Positions 48,431-60,341 of a stretch of 64,000 bases of DNA are shown piece by piece (position 1 is the first letter of the stretch; every line of letters begins with the position of its first letter). Source of the DNA: Minutocellus sp. GHC0000111. Taxonomy: Eukaryota. The DNA lies in assembly GCA_977018835.1 (NCBI GenBank), contig OZ361256.1, forward strand, positions 3,782,001-3,846,000, read 5' to 3'. The position numbers and the translations under genes were made by a program. The notes under the pieces were generated by a model. It saw only the letters and a list, made by a program, of their open reading frames with translations. It had not been told where the DNA came from and made no database searches.

Positions 48431-49840
48431 ATGACGAACAAACACATCTGGAACAGCAGCATTATTGGCACGATGCTCCTCACCGTCGCTCTTTTCGTAA
48501 CGCTTCTCCTGGCGCCTTCATCTGTCGTCGCTTGGTCGCCATCAGTGCCACCAACGAATTCGCAACACACGATAACATGTGGGCCTCATTGGGAAGACGA
48601 AGAGCAAGCACCGCCGGAACAAAACCTCCAGCACGACAATTGTAGCGGCAACAATAATACCAGCAGAAGGAGGGATATTCTAAAGGGAATGGCGGCCGCA
48701 TCCTTTGGTCTTATGGTCGGTGGCAGTAGCGGCGCCACTGCAACCGGCGTGGCTTCTGCCGCTGTTCTTGACCCATCATCATCATCATCATCATTATCAT
48801 CGCCACAAAGAAGAAGCAGCAGCAAAATATATCATCCAGCACCCTCCTCCCTCAGCGGCAAAGTGATGCTCATCACCGGTGGCACGAGCGGTCTGGGACT
48901 GGAATCTGCTCAACGACTGTCAGCCGCCGGTGCGACGGTTGTCATTACCGCCAGAACGCAGGCTAAGGGCGAAAGGGCCCTTGGTAGCATAAGCCAATAT
49001 CTGTCGGATCAATCCATGGACAATCCCGGAAAGGTGTACGCACTAGAGTTGGATCTGAACGACTTGGAGTCGGTCCGATCCTTCCCCCAGCGCTACAGGG
49101 CACTGTCTCTGAGCCCGATCGATGTGCTCATGAACAATGCTGGTGTAGCGGCCATACCGCAGCGAGAAGTTACAAAGGACGGCTTCGAACGGACTTTTCA
49201 GACGAACCACCTCGCCCCGTTCATCCTGACATCACTGCTCTTTGCTTATCTTCGTCGAGACGGAGATGGATGCCGCGTCATCAATGTATCCTCGTATGCA
49301 CACGAGTTTGCGACAATGGCCAACAGCAATATGAGAGGTTTGGACTTGGACAATCTCAATGGAGAGATCGATTATTCCGGTCTCGGCTGGCCGGCATACT
49401 GCCGTTCCAAGCTGGAGAACATACTGTTTACCAACGAGCTGCAGCGGAGGGCAGATGCGGCTGGTTTGGATTGGTTGACGGCCATTTCGTTGCATCCTGG
49501 ACGCGTCGCAACCGACATATGGAGAACGACCTACTTTGGCACGGATCAGCGAGGAGGTAACGGCAAGGGCGACGGCGATAACGCCAAATCTGGTGGAATT
49601 CAATCGATTGTTTCGGACTTGTTCTACGACAGCATCCTGACTGTGGAGGAGGGGGGCAACACTCAGGTGATGCTGGCTGCTCGGGGAGAGCCGGAGGGTT
49701 CACCGGTCAAAGGGGAGTACTATGACTACAATATGCGCATCAAGAAGAAGATGAATGCCTTTGCCATGGATGAGGATGCTGCCCGACGTCTTTGGGAAAA
49801 GTCCGAGCAATTGGCTGGAATCAAGTTTCGGCTGGAGTGA
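48431..49840 (+). CDS. Short-chain dehydrogenase/reductase (retinol-dehydrogenase-like), predicted plastid/thylakoid-targeted
   Basis: TGGTSGLG, NNAG, NVSS, YCRSK and HPG.V.T. The signal peptide ends VVA-W and is followed by an SRRRDIL twin-Arg motif and a hydrophobic stretch. Confidence 0.9.
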   Translation: MTNKHIWNSSIIGTMLLTVALFVTLLLAPSSVVAWSPSVPPTNSQHTITCGPHWEDEEQAPPEQNLQHDNCSGNNNTSRRRDILKGMAAASFGLMVGGSSGATATGVASAAVLDPSSSSSSLSSPQRRSSSKIYHPAPSSLSGKVMLITGGTSGLGLESAQRLSAAGATVVITARTQAKGERALGSISQYLSDQSMDNPGKVYALELDLNDLESVRSFPQRYRALSLSPIDVLMNNAGVAAIPQREVTKDGFERTFQTNHLAPFILTSLLFAYLRRDGDGCRVINVSSYAHEFATMANSNMRGLDLDNLNGEIDYSGLGWPAYCRSKLENILFTNELQRRADAAGLDWLTAISLHPGRVATDIWRTTYFGTDQRGGNGKGDGDNAKSGGIQSIVSDLFYDSILTVEEGGNTQVMLAARGEPEGSPVKGEYYDYNMRIKKKMNAFAMDEDAARRLWEKSEQLAGIKFRLE

Positions 49841-50358
49841 TGATGAGCTGCCGCTTGAAAATATTTCTTCTGATCCTTGCCGGTGCTACACGTCTAGATA
49901 CATCATGTACCGGTACCTCTCGCTCTAGACCTCGTACATGACCTCGTACATGTAGTTTTCTACTAGATCTAGCTACCGATACATGTAGAGAGTCTACTTT
50001 AGTAGTTTAGTAGACCTTGACGACTGGATCTGACTACCGGTAGATCTACGACTGCTGACATTTCATCATGTAATGTAGATCTAGCTAGATCTAAATTTAG
50101 CTACTTAGATCTACAGTCCGTCGGACTGTACATGTACTTCATGGCATTTACACGGACCTAGGTACTCTACGTGTGTTGTCTGTGTGTAGTTGGCTGGCTG
50201 CTGCCCCCGCCGACAACAAAAAAGAGCCTCTTCACTGTCCCGGCGGAAAGTCGATCAGAAAGTCAGGAGGCGGGAAACGTCTTTCGGCACACAACACAAC
50301 TGCCCCTCAAAATAAATAAATGTCAGCCAAGTCAAGAGACATCAAAAAATTGCATTGG

Positions 50359-50424
50359 CTACTCGTAAAGTAAGATTCAGAGAGGGTAAACCTACTCGTA
50401 AAGTAAGATTCAGAAAGGGTAAAC
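50359..50424. repeat. 33-bp tandem duplication upstream of the GPCR gene
   Basis: ctactcgtaaagtaagattcaga(g/a)agggtaaac x2. Confidence 0.9.
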
Positions 50425-50694
50425 CGAACCAAGAAAAAAGCGAACCGATCCGGTGATTACGGTAAGCAAGACGTCGTGCTTCCATTACACACTCTCTCAC
50501 TATTGCTCTCACACCACTTCTCTGAGAAAAAGAACAGTTCATTCGTCGCATCTCTAACGACTTCATAGAAGATAGACGCCGATAGCTGCTTTCATCCTCT
50601 GCAACTTTCACGCTCCGAACTCACTCTTTACCATCTGATCAGCTACGATTAGCTAGCTAGTCTAGCTAGTATCCATCCGAACCAGCATAAAGAG

Positions 50695-53600
50695 ATGAGG
50701 CTTTCACTCCCCCTACACACTTTCTGTTTCGCGCTCTTCTCCGCCTTGGCGACTTCTTTTGCCGAAGAAGAACCTCTGTTTTTGATCTTTGAACATCAAG
50801 AGGAGGACGACGACGATGCCGCAAAGGCAGTCGAGTGTTCCGCCAAGTCCCCCTGTGCTGGAGAAGACGAATACTGCAAGCACGAGCTTGGATCGAACAG
50901 CGGCACCTGCGAGCCCTGCCTTGAACACCCTCACTTGTGTTTCGATGCCGGCCTCTCCGAATTTGGGCTCAACGATTGTACTACTAAATGCCCCAAAAAC
51001 AAGTACGATTGCTTCCCATACACAGGGGCAGAGGTCAAGCTATCCAGTGGCGATATGTACGAGCCAAAATGGAATATTCATGGATTTTTAACCTCTCCCC
51101 ATCTGTCCGCATCAGGACCACTCGTTGACTGCGGCGTGTTCAAGGATGACGGCAAATGTCCTGGAGCTGAGGGAGGGATCTGTCTCGTGAATGATGACAC
51201 CTCAAGCATAGCCAAATATTCTGACACTCGAAGAATGGTCGAAGCTTGCATAAACTCAGGCGGAAAAGGAATCATAGTATACTCCCCTGAACAAGACATC
51301 CCTAACACTGAAGACCAGCAATGGTTTAGTGCCTTATGGGCGGATGAGGATGTGAGTTTCCAGTGATTACATTGCACGAACATGTCTTCTCTGCGCATGG
51401 AAATTGTTTCGATTCATCGCCTTCCTTTCATTGTTTGTATATATATGTACTCTCACTCTCTCACACACGCACATACTCTGACCACATGCCCTTTTTAATT
51501 CTTGACATACATGTAGGGCAACGAGCTCTGGTTTGGCTCCACAATTCCCGCTATTACAATGGGCTTAGACGATGGATTATTCCTACGCAATAGCAAAGTT
51601 GGGACCATCGTCACCTTAACAACGTTCGATGGAGGCATCTTTTGCGAAAACATCAATGGCTGTTCAGATCGATTGCCATGTCGGGAGGAACACTACTGCA
51701 ACTTTGACTACGACAACACACATGGATTTTGTGAGACATGCGAGTGGGTCGATGCTGGACGCTGCTATTTTGATGGCCTTCCGCTGAAGGGGGCAGAGGA
51801 GTGTGACAAGGTCTGTGGAAGTTCCCTTCACTTAGAGTTCCCATCATCTTGCAAGTTTTGCCCGGACGCCACCAAGGCCTTTGGTGATAATGAAGAGCTG
51901 ATGAAACCAAGATGTGCAAGCTATGTCCCAATGATGACATGAACTATTCGGACCGAGTTAATGCAATGCGCATGTTTGGCCCAGACGCTGATTGCGCTAC
52001 CATGTCTCATTATCTTGGAAATTACGTCAACGAAAACGACCAACGATGTGAGCTTGCCCATATGTTCAATTATATCTGCGGCTGTAAAGGAAGTGGCTAT
52101 TTGGGAGCGAATACAAATGGCAAACGGACCGCACTGGAGTGGCTCCCTAGAGTCATGGCTCTTCTTTCTTTTCTGGTGAGTACTAATATTATATATATGT
52201 TAGTCCCAAAATGCGCACTGTCCCAATTCGCGAACTGGGATCCCAGTTTGCGAACTGAGATTCATTTATCCCAGTTTGCGCACTGGGCCCCAGTTCCCAA
52301 ACTAGGATCTCAGTTTGCGCACTGATACTACCAGAATGGAAACTGAGATAAACACGCCAATCCGAATTTGGGAACCAGACGAGTTCGCGAACTGGAACAA
52401 AAATGAATACCAGTTTGGAAACTGGCATTCTCGGCAAGTGTCAGAATGGTAACTGCCGGTGTTGGCTCATGCACAATGATTATGTACTGGTAGATCTATC
52501 TACAATACAAGTTGCACTGTGCATCATATCTTGAATTTGCAAGCTACATGTACTGGTACAGTAGCAACATGATGCCGGCATAGCACAGATGCATGTACAG
52601 TTCATGACTTATATTTGCCAGAAGCAGCTAGCTAGATATTATTATTTATTCACTATATGTATTTAGTATCAGCTAATGCCAATTTATTGAGTATCAGCTC
52701 CGGCACTAATGTCGTCTGGACGTCTGGACCAGGTTTGGGCTGTGTTGCTTCACTATGAAAAAATGAAGCGAGGAGAAGCAAAGGCGATATCATCCATGCT
52801 AAATATTCATTATTTCTCGATTGATCCCAGTTTGCAAACTGAGATTGTGCCTATGATCCCAGTTTCCAAACTGGGATAAATAAATCCTAGTTCGCAAACT
52901 GGGATCCCAGTTCGCGAACTGGGACAGTGCGCATTTTGGGACTAACATATACATATATACCCACACTTCCACGCACTCGCCTCGACGCTATGTACAAACA
53001 TAACTTATCAGTTTTTCTAAGAAAATGAATCACCGTCCTCCCCCCTCTAAACCAACGCAGGGATCCTCAACAATAATCATCGACGTACTTCGAAACGAGA
53101 AGAGGCGCAAGCAGATGGTCAATCAACTCATGGCGGCCCTATCTGTCGCCGACATCTTCGGATCAATTGCATATGCCTTCACCACCCTTCCTACACCCAC
53201 TGAAGATTTCATCCAAGGGGCGGTTGGCAACCAGGAAACTTGCACCGCACAAGGATTTTTCATTCAGCTCGGCACGACGAGTGCTTACATCAATGTCTCT
53301 TTATCCATCTACTACCTTCTTGTTCTCAAGTATGGATGGAGCGAGCGCAAAATCAAGAAGGTCAAGCCTTTCTTCTTCATCTTTCCTATTGTTGTCGGCC
53401 TGACCTTTGCTTTTGCTGGCATCCCATTCTATGATAATATGGTCCTCTGGTGCAACAATGCCGCCGAAATTTGGCCAGAAATACCAATGGTCATTGCCAT
53501 ATTCGTTGCCACCGTCGTTATGAGTACGATCTGCTGGCACGTCTATCAAAACGAGAAGCGAAGCAGTAAGTGGAAGATGGGAGGAAGTGGCAATAATGGC

Positions 53601-54084
53601 CAGACCATGACAAAGAAGGTATTTAGTCAGGCCATGTGGTACCTTGCCGCCTTTAATATGACCTGGCCACCTTACCTGGCCCTTCAATTTCTTTGGGCGT
53701 CTGGCAAAGCCTTCTCGTCATACGGCTTTGTTCTTTATGCCAGTTCTGTCGTCCCTCTGCAAGGATTCTGGAATCTCATTGTGTATCTCCTCCGCACAAG
53801 AAAGAATGTCCTTGACTTGAGCTCAACTAGGAGCAAAATGTCTAAGCATCTATCAAGGACGACCTCGATGCTACGCGCTTCTGGCAAGAGGGTGTCGGCA
53901 GTGTTCCCGCACCACAAGCAGGAAGAAGTCTAGGGAGAGCGGCAGTAACAACAGCAGTGAGCGGAATGGCAGTACTACCAATTCCAAGGAGAACGGGGAG
54001 AGATCAGACGACGAGAAAAATAATACGAGCATCAACGAAGCCTTTGTAGTAGATGAGGAGAAGCCACCGACAAACGAGGCTTAA
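50695..54084 (+). CDS. 7TM GPCR-like receptor (cAMP-receptor/Git3-like) with Cys-rich and PA-like ectodomain; two frameshifts in this assembly
   Basis: Signal peptide. Exons 50695-51350, 51517-52175 and 53061-54084. 7TM motifs ALSVADI, CTAQGFFIQLG, QAMWYLAAF..TW and PLQGFWN. Frameshifts at ~51912 and ~53905. Confidence 0.8.
52198..52947. mobile_element. Intronic MITE, 750 bp, with ~90-bp TIRs and TATA (or TA) target duplication
   Basis: TATA|TGTTAGTCCCAAAATGCGCACTGTCCC... / ...GGGACAGTGCGCATTTTGGGACTAACA|TATA. The TIRs are built of CCCAGTTYGCGAACTGGG-like palindromes. Confidence 0.93.
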
Positions 54085-54381
54085 GAAGTTTTGTTCGTCA
54101 CTACTTCCTCACTGCGATCGTACCATACATGTATCTTTTAAAGAAGATGGATCAATTGATTGAACTCGATCAGGTCCAATAATATTTGTCTAAATCATTT
54201 CTACTTGCGATACTTGCTGTAGTTATCGTGTCCAGGTTCCTCTTTTTGTTCTCTTCTATTCTATGGGTGCATTGGCGTTGACGATCTGAGCTGATGAGGA
54301 TGCCTGCTTTATTCCCTGGAGCATCCGGAGCAGCCAGAAGATTTCACACGACTTTAGTCGGACATTCGAAATCTCAAGACC

Positions 54382-55743
54382 CTAAAATAATGCCGCGAGG
54401 CTCGAAATGATTTGCTCTGCATCTTCCTTTGTCAATTGTTTTCTGATTTGATCATCCGACTTCTTTTTCTGTTTGTCGTTGCGCTTTTCATTATCTTGAT
54501 CGTTTCTTTTATTAATATCATCATTATCGAGCTGATTCTCCCAAACATTTGCAATGCTCTTCGATCTTGACGATATCGGTTCAATGCTTGGAGAGACCTT
54601 GTCGCAGTTTTGGTGCACGACGCCGGCCTTGGAGGTAGCTTCCTTATCCTTGAGTATCGCCAGGAGTAGCGATTGGATCTGGTAAAGCTGCGAAACCACT
54701 ACACCCGTATCGTCCTTGGATACGTTGGTCGATGTCTTGCTGGCACTGCTACCAGTTCCACGAGATCTTGCATTGGTTGGGCTCGTGAGGGCCGACATGC
54801 ATGTGTGCATATCGTCAAAGTCATCATCCCCGGCCGTAAGCCATGTATTGACTGTCGAATCGTCCGCCATGCCCGCAACGAGAGCAGCCATCGCCGCTGT
54901 TGGTTGCCACGACGATGCCGATGCACTGGATGCATCGCAATTGGCTGTCCCATATATGGACGACATGATGCTGGATTGGCCGAATGGGATGGATGAGGTA
55001 CCGCTGCCTTCAATGCCCGGGAGAGATGAGGTGGCAACTGATGACATGTCGTCCACCAAGCGCTTGATCGCCCCGGCTGGTCGCCAGGAACCTTCAGAAC
55101 CGTCCTCGTTATCTGTCGAGACTTTATGGTGGAGAGTGGGACAAAATTCCAACTCCACCACCTTCTTGTTGGCCCGTATCGGTGTGGCTTCCACAATATT
55201 GTTACCACCAGGTGCTTGTTTGGTGTCATCCTCCGAATGTTTCATCGACCTATTCGCTTTTGTTCTTGCCCTGGACTTGGAGGAAATCCGCTGAATCACT
55301 CGATCCAAATATTTGAGAGCATTTCTCACGGCCTCCGTATCGATGCTATTCGTCGCGACACCCTCTGCAGGCACTGGCGCGTGTGAGGCCTTCTCGGTAA
55401 GCTCAAGCTGTCTCCTCAATTCCATGATTTCTCGCTGGGCCAGCTCCTCCCGATGGCGGACCTCCTGCGATTCTCGCAGCTGACGTCGGAGGTCTTCAAT
55501 CTCCCCTCGATACATCTCGAGGACTTCTTCGTTGCTGCTGCCTTCATTGGAGGCTGTGGCAGTAGCAGCAGCCTCAGCTGGAGATGTGGCCATGTCGCCA
55601 AAGTTTTCGACACCAGAATTCTTTGAGGCTGAGGACGAGGGGCCGGTCGAAGACGTTTCGCCACCGCTCGAGCCTGGAGCCTTGGGCTGACCAGCCGACG
55701 ATGTCCTGTCCTCAATGCTGAACCAGAGCATGCCCTTTCTCAT
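54382..55743 (-). CDS. Hypothetical Ser-rich coiled-coil protein
   Basis: 453-aa ATG-initiated ORF with repeated EI.ELRRQL heptads. No family was recognised. Confidence 0.6.
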   Translation of the reverse strand: MRKGMLWFSIEDRTSSAGQPKAPGSSGGETSSTGPSSSASKNSGVENFGDMATSPAEAAATATASNEGSSNEEVLEMYRGEIEDLRRQLRESQEVRHREELAQREIMELRRQLELTEKASHAPVPAEGVATNSIDTEAVRNALKYLDRVIQRISSKSRARTKANRSMKHSEDDTKQAPGGNNIVEATPIRANKKVVELEFCPTLHHKVSTDNEDGSEGSWRPAGAIKRLVDDMSSVATSSLPGIEGSGTSSIPFGQSSIMSSIYGTANCDASSASASSWQPTAAMAALVAGMADDSTVNTWLTAGDDDFDDMHTCMSALTSPTNARSRGTGSSASKTSTNVSKDDTGVVVSQLYQIQSLLLAILKDKEATSKAGVVHQNCDKVSPSIEPISSRSKSIANVWENQLDNDDINKRNDQDNEKRNDKQKKKSDDQIRKQLTKEDAEQIISSLAALF

Positions 55744-56528
55744 TGGGGATGATCGTCTGCTTCGGAGCTTGGCCTGTTTCTTGGAGCTACTGTGCGATAC
55801 TACTGTGGCATGGTGGCGTGGCCTAGCTACGTAGCTGCGACTTTGCGCTTCAAGTGTTCAGACCTTGCAACCCGGAAGTATCGTCAAGATTCAGTCGAGT
55901 GAGTCAGACGCCCTGCCTGTCATGACTGTTCCCATCACACTGCCCTTCCCACCACGCACAGCCGCTTTGCTGGTGGACTGGGCTGCCAGCCGCCCCGCCC
56001 AGCAGCTCTGCTGAGAGCAGTCAGACATTGCAGCTCCGGCGAATGGAATGAATCAAGCGCATAAACCATTGCATAAACCAAGAAAGTCAAAGACGCCCCA
56101 TAGAATTAGTAACCTGTAACCACAAACTTGAAAAATTACAAATGGCTTCCGTTTCTGGGCTTGAAATTCCCTCGGGCACCGACGCCGACGGATCTGGCCG
56201 GGAGGATTTGCTATTCTTCGAGGAGAGCTCAGAACCATGTGCGAATCGCCACGAAATCGCCACCGGCGGCTCAGCTCTCGGGCACGCCGGGGGCAACAGC
56301 TTCGCGGCAGCGCATGCGAGGAAGATCGATCACCGGGTATCGTGCGTCGCTGCCCTCTCCTCGACTACTTCTACTCCTAATCGCAGTACATGTAGCGACA
56401 TGCAATCCCGAAGATTAACACACCTCAATCTGTTTGGCAGCGTCATCACACATACTAGTACGACCTTCTCCGCCGGCGCCACCACACGTGCCGCATCTGT
56501 TCGCGTTCCGAGCCGAAAGGAGTCGGAC

Positions 56529-58032
56529 ATGCTAAGCCAGCGAAATCGGGAGTCAATCATTCAGGAACTAAAGCGAGATCATAAGAGGATATGCCTATCG
56601 ATGGACGAACTTTTGAATATGGAGGACGACGAGGCGAAGGCCATGAGACTCTCGAAGCCCGTGGCGAGTGCGATTGGAATTTTAGCCGGTATATTCGGCA
56701 TTATGCAGGTTGGCATCAATACCACCTTGAGGAGAGTGTATGTGCCCAGCGCCTTGGCGGCTTCGGCTACGAGCTTCTGCGTGGGCGCTGGGGTTATGCT
56801 GATCATTAGCAACTTACACAAATTTCCTCGAGGCGGTTGTTCGAATGGTACACGGAAGGAGCTGCGAAGTATTCCCTGGTATGCTTACACCGGAGGACTT
56901 CTTGGTGCTGCCTACGTCACCACCACCATCCTCATTGCCCCTGTGTTGGGCTTCGCCGCATTCAAAATAGCTGCAGTTTCCGGCCAGCTCATCAGCGGGA
57001 TTATCTGCGACGCAGTTGGTTTCCTCCATTTGTCTTCCTCGCCGCCCACGCCATTTCGAATGATTTGCACCGCATTTGTGCTGTTGGGTGCTATTCTCTG
57101 CGCCAAATGGTCTGGCTCTTCTGGGAATGAGTGGCAGGTCCCAGTGTACTTGTTACTCTCGGCGCTTGCCGGATCTGTTTTCCCCATACAAGCCTGTGTC
57201 AATTACGAGCTTGGTAGACATCTCGGCACCCCCTATAGAGCTGTTGCAGCAAACTTCATCGTCGGTGCAATCGCCCTGTGGGTGTGTGTGGCCATTGAAT
57301 ACGCAGCTGACCCAAATTCCAGCCTCCCAATATATCAGTCCCAAGAGGGCGAGACGATGCAATGGTGGGCGTGGACAGGTGGCCTATTCGGTGCACTCCT
57401 CATTTGCGGAATCACCCTCGGAATTCCTGCTCTTGGAGCTGTAGGCTTCACCCTCATTTTCGTTTCAACTCAGCTTGTTGCCGCTGTGATTGCAGGTGAG
57501 ATTTGTGCATTGGTTTCCATGAGGAGGATTTGGTTGATAGCTCATCTCTTTAATTCTCATGCCTTTTTTATTTCATTTCTACACCCCTCTTTCTCATTGT
57601 GCACATCCAGATGCAATAGGGGCCTTCGGATATACTGTCGTGCCTCTTGATGCCTATGGTGGACGCCGTATCGTCGGGGCGATCCTTGCTATTCTTGCCG
57701 CAGCCGCCTTCAGATTGAGTCCACCATCTTGGCTGTCGTGCCTAAATAGCTGGCCATGCCAAAGGTTCAATAAGCTTGACTCCAGAGAGGCCGATCTGGA
57801 TGATTTAGATCTGTACCGTACGAGTGTCCTTTCCAATGGCACGAAGAGATCGTCTTTCATTGCCCGAGTCCCTTTGGATGAACTGCGAGCATTGAAAGAG
57901 ATGCGCCGATCAACAGCGGCGGATTCTGAAGGAGGCGAAAGCGATGAGGACGAGGAGAAATTGTCATCGACGTTGCAGCAACAGATGAACGAAGAGGAGC
58001 AGAAGGATGCACCGAAGGAGTTTGATCCTTAA
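56529..58032 (+). CDS. DMT-superfamily transporter, YdcZ-like, with two fused repeats
   Basis: Two repeats of Q..IN..L...SF/NF.VG...WYA/WWA.TGGL.GA. Intron 57496-57610. Confidence 0.85.
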
Positions 58033-58175
58033 AAATCCAATGTGGACACTCACCCTTAATGAATACGCAGCTGGAAATACACAGAACTGGTAGGAGGGGG
58101 GTCTTCATTTGTATAACTATTGTAAACTATTAAGACATTACCGTAGATGCCCTTACCAGCAGCAGCAGTCAGCAA

Positions 58176-60341
58176 TCAGCGCTCCCTCTCTTCACCATCA
58201 TCGTCGTACCCATCCAAATCATCCAAATCATCCTCATCTCCTTCCCAGTCTCTCATCATGGCGCTGATCATTTCTTCCTCGTATTGTCTAGTGTACAGTA
58301 TATCCTTTCCATCGTTGAATCTTTTCGGTTGCTCGACCAGGTCGGGTAGGTCCCACGACGGTCCCTTCCGTACGTAAATCATTTCCGATGCCATTTGATT
58401 GTGCAAGCTTTGTGGGATCTGATAGGTGGAGTACACGGTCGACGTCGACGCATCGCTACCCCTGCTCCGGCCGACGGCACTCGCGGGGGAAGGACCAGAT
58501 CCATCCTCGGCGAGGGAGCTGACGGCACTGCTCAACGATTCAATGTCGGCCAGTGTGTTGGCCTTGTCGTCTGCAGCAGACGAATCATCGGCGGCCTCCA
58601 GGTATTCCTCGAGAAGTGCCTCCTCCAAAACGTCGTCATTGTCTCCATCGTCCTCGTTGTTGCCAGTGGAATTGTCTCCATCATTGTCGATGTCGGCGGC
58701 GGGACGACTCAACGATTCCAGCAAGTCCACCAGCTCGGCATTGGCCTCGGCACCCTCCGCAGCGCTGTCCATCTCCCTCCGAAGCTCCTTGGACACTTCG
58801 TCCAGCTGCCGCAGCAACGGTCTACGGAGACGAAACACCAGCTCCGTGGCATCTACCGGATCCAACTCCATGGCGAGATTACCGGCACCGCCTTGTACGG
58901 CACCACCCCGGCTTCGACCGACTTTGCCAAACACAATGCCCGCCTTGCCACCACTTTCACCACCACCACCACCACCACCAGAATCGTCATTCACCAGTCC
59001 CATCCCCTCGGCCACGGCGCTCAGCATCTCCAATCCCGTCATGGCCTCCACCTCGCCGATGCCAAATTCGGCATCCATCTCGTCCAACAATTCGATCGCC
59101 TCCCGGACCATCCCACGGCGGACCAACGTGACGCACGGGCCGTGGAAGAACGACACGGGCGGCGGGTTGAAGGCCGGGAAGAGCGACACGCGCAGCAGGT
59201 TGGCCACCTCCATGATCTGGAGGGAGGGATGGGAGGCGGGCGAGGCGTGGGGGGCAATGACGTCCGAGGCCAGACTCTGGTACAGCGGTGCCGTGAGGGG
59301 CAGGGCCAGGTCGGCCGATCGAACGGCGAGCTCGATGGCATGGACGATGGCCTCGTCGACTACCGCTTGTTGTTGGGTGGGACTGTTTGTTGCAGCTGTA
59401 GCTGCCGCTGCCCTTCGGATGGACGGTTGCAGCCACGACGACACCATAACAAAGGCAAAGTGGAGCGATTCGACGGTATCCCGATCCAACACGACGCCAG
59501 CACCGTTCGGCTGGTTACGGTTGCCCCTCGTGTTCTTCTTCTTCTTCGGTTTACCGCTACAATTACTGCCACCACTCACGTCGGAATTATTGACTCTGCT
59601 GCCGCGGCCATCGTCATCGTCCCGCGAGGCAAAGGCACTCCGCAACGCCGGCGAGGCCGTCAGAACCAACAGAGCCTCGGCCGCGTCCGTCGCACGGTTC
59701 AGGTTGGACATTGCCATCGCCGCTTCTTCTGCCTCTCCTGTGCTGCACGGTGTCCTCGCACTTGCACTCTCATCCTCCCTCTTCCTTTGGGGCACGCATG
59801 CTTCTGGCTCGTCCGTGGATTGCATGGACGGGGCTGGTATCCTCATCTGAAGCGAAGAGGCTTGGGGCTCTGCGCTTCCGCCGCCGCGTGTATTGCGAGT
59901 GCTGCCCTTTCTACTCGTAGGCGGCACCCGCGCCGCTATGTCCCTGGCCTGCTCCGAGAGCGTGAGGAGGAGGTCGGCAAGGACCACCGTGCTGCTGCTG
60001 CTGCTGCTCTTTTTCTGTGAATTTCCACCATCACTCCCCTGCGCCTCCAGTCTGGCGTCGGTGACGGCATCGATGCTGGAGAAGGAAGTTACGACCATAC
60101 CGACGGCGGCATCGGCATTGGTGCCCATTATTCCAGGGCCTGTTCCGCCGGTGCCACAGGCGCTGGCGTTGGTTGCGAACGACCGAGGCCGAGGCCGAGG
60201 CCGGGGCCGGCGTCTGTGCATCGACGACGACGAGGAAGAGACACGTGCGAATCCCTCGCAGTCGAAGGCACCTCCTCCTGCCGCCGCCACGCGCAAACGC
60301 CAGGCGGCCCGCCCCGAGGAGGGGAGGAGGTACCGGTGCAT
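58176..60341 (-). CDS. Hypothetical protein, possibly mitochondrion-targeted
   Basis: Long GC-rich ORF with an Arg-rich N-terminus (RPRPRPRPRSF), a helical PPR-like segment and an acidic C-terminus. Confidence 0.6.
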   Translation of the reverse strand: MHRYLLPSSGRAAWRLRVAAAGGGAFDCEGFARVSSSSSSMHRRRPRPRPRPRSFATNASACGTGGTGPGIMGTNADAAVGMVVTSFSSIDAVTDARLEAQGSDGGNSQKKSSSSSSTVVLADLLLTLSEQARDIAARVPPTSRKGSTRNTRGGGSAEPQASSLQMRIPAPSMQSTDEPEACVPQRKREDESASARTPCSTGEAEEAAMAMSNLNRATDAAEALLVLTASPALRSAFASRDDDDGRGSRVNNSDVSGGSNCSGKPKKKKNTRGNRNQPNGAGVVLDRDTVESLHFAFVMVSSWLQPSIRRAAAATAATNSPTQQQAVVDEAIVHAIELAVRSADLALPLTAPLYQSLASDVIAPHASPASHPSLQIMEVANLLRVSLFPAFNPPPVSFFHGPCVTLVRRGMVREAIELLDEMDAEFGIGEVEAMTGLEMLSAVAEGMGLVNDDSGGGGGGGESGGKAGIVFGKVGRSRGGAVQGGAGNLAMELDPVDATELVFRLRRPLLRQLDEVSKELRREMDSAAEGAEANAELVDLLESLSRPAADIDNDGDNSTGNNEDDGDNDDVLEEALLEEYLEAADDSSAADDKANTLADIESLSSAVSSLAEDGSGPSPASAVGRSRGSDASTSTVYSTYQIPQSLHNQMASEMIYVRKGPSWDLPDLVEQPKRFNDGKDILYTRQYEEEMISAMMRDWEGDEDDLDDLDGYDDDGEERER

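Noticed and set aside
52225..52420. CRISPR-like array of palindromic repeats
   Set aside because: Spacing is irregular and short, the repeats are degenerate, no cas genes are present and the context is a eukaryotic intron. MITE arms explain it.
54256..54384. Possible further in-frame TAG lesion at the end of ORF 54382-55743
   Set aside because: The frame stays open for about 40 codons, but no conserved motif shows that the extension is real.
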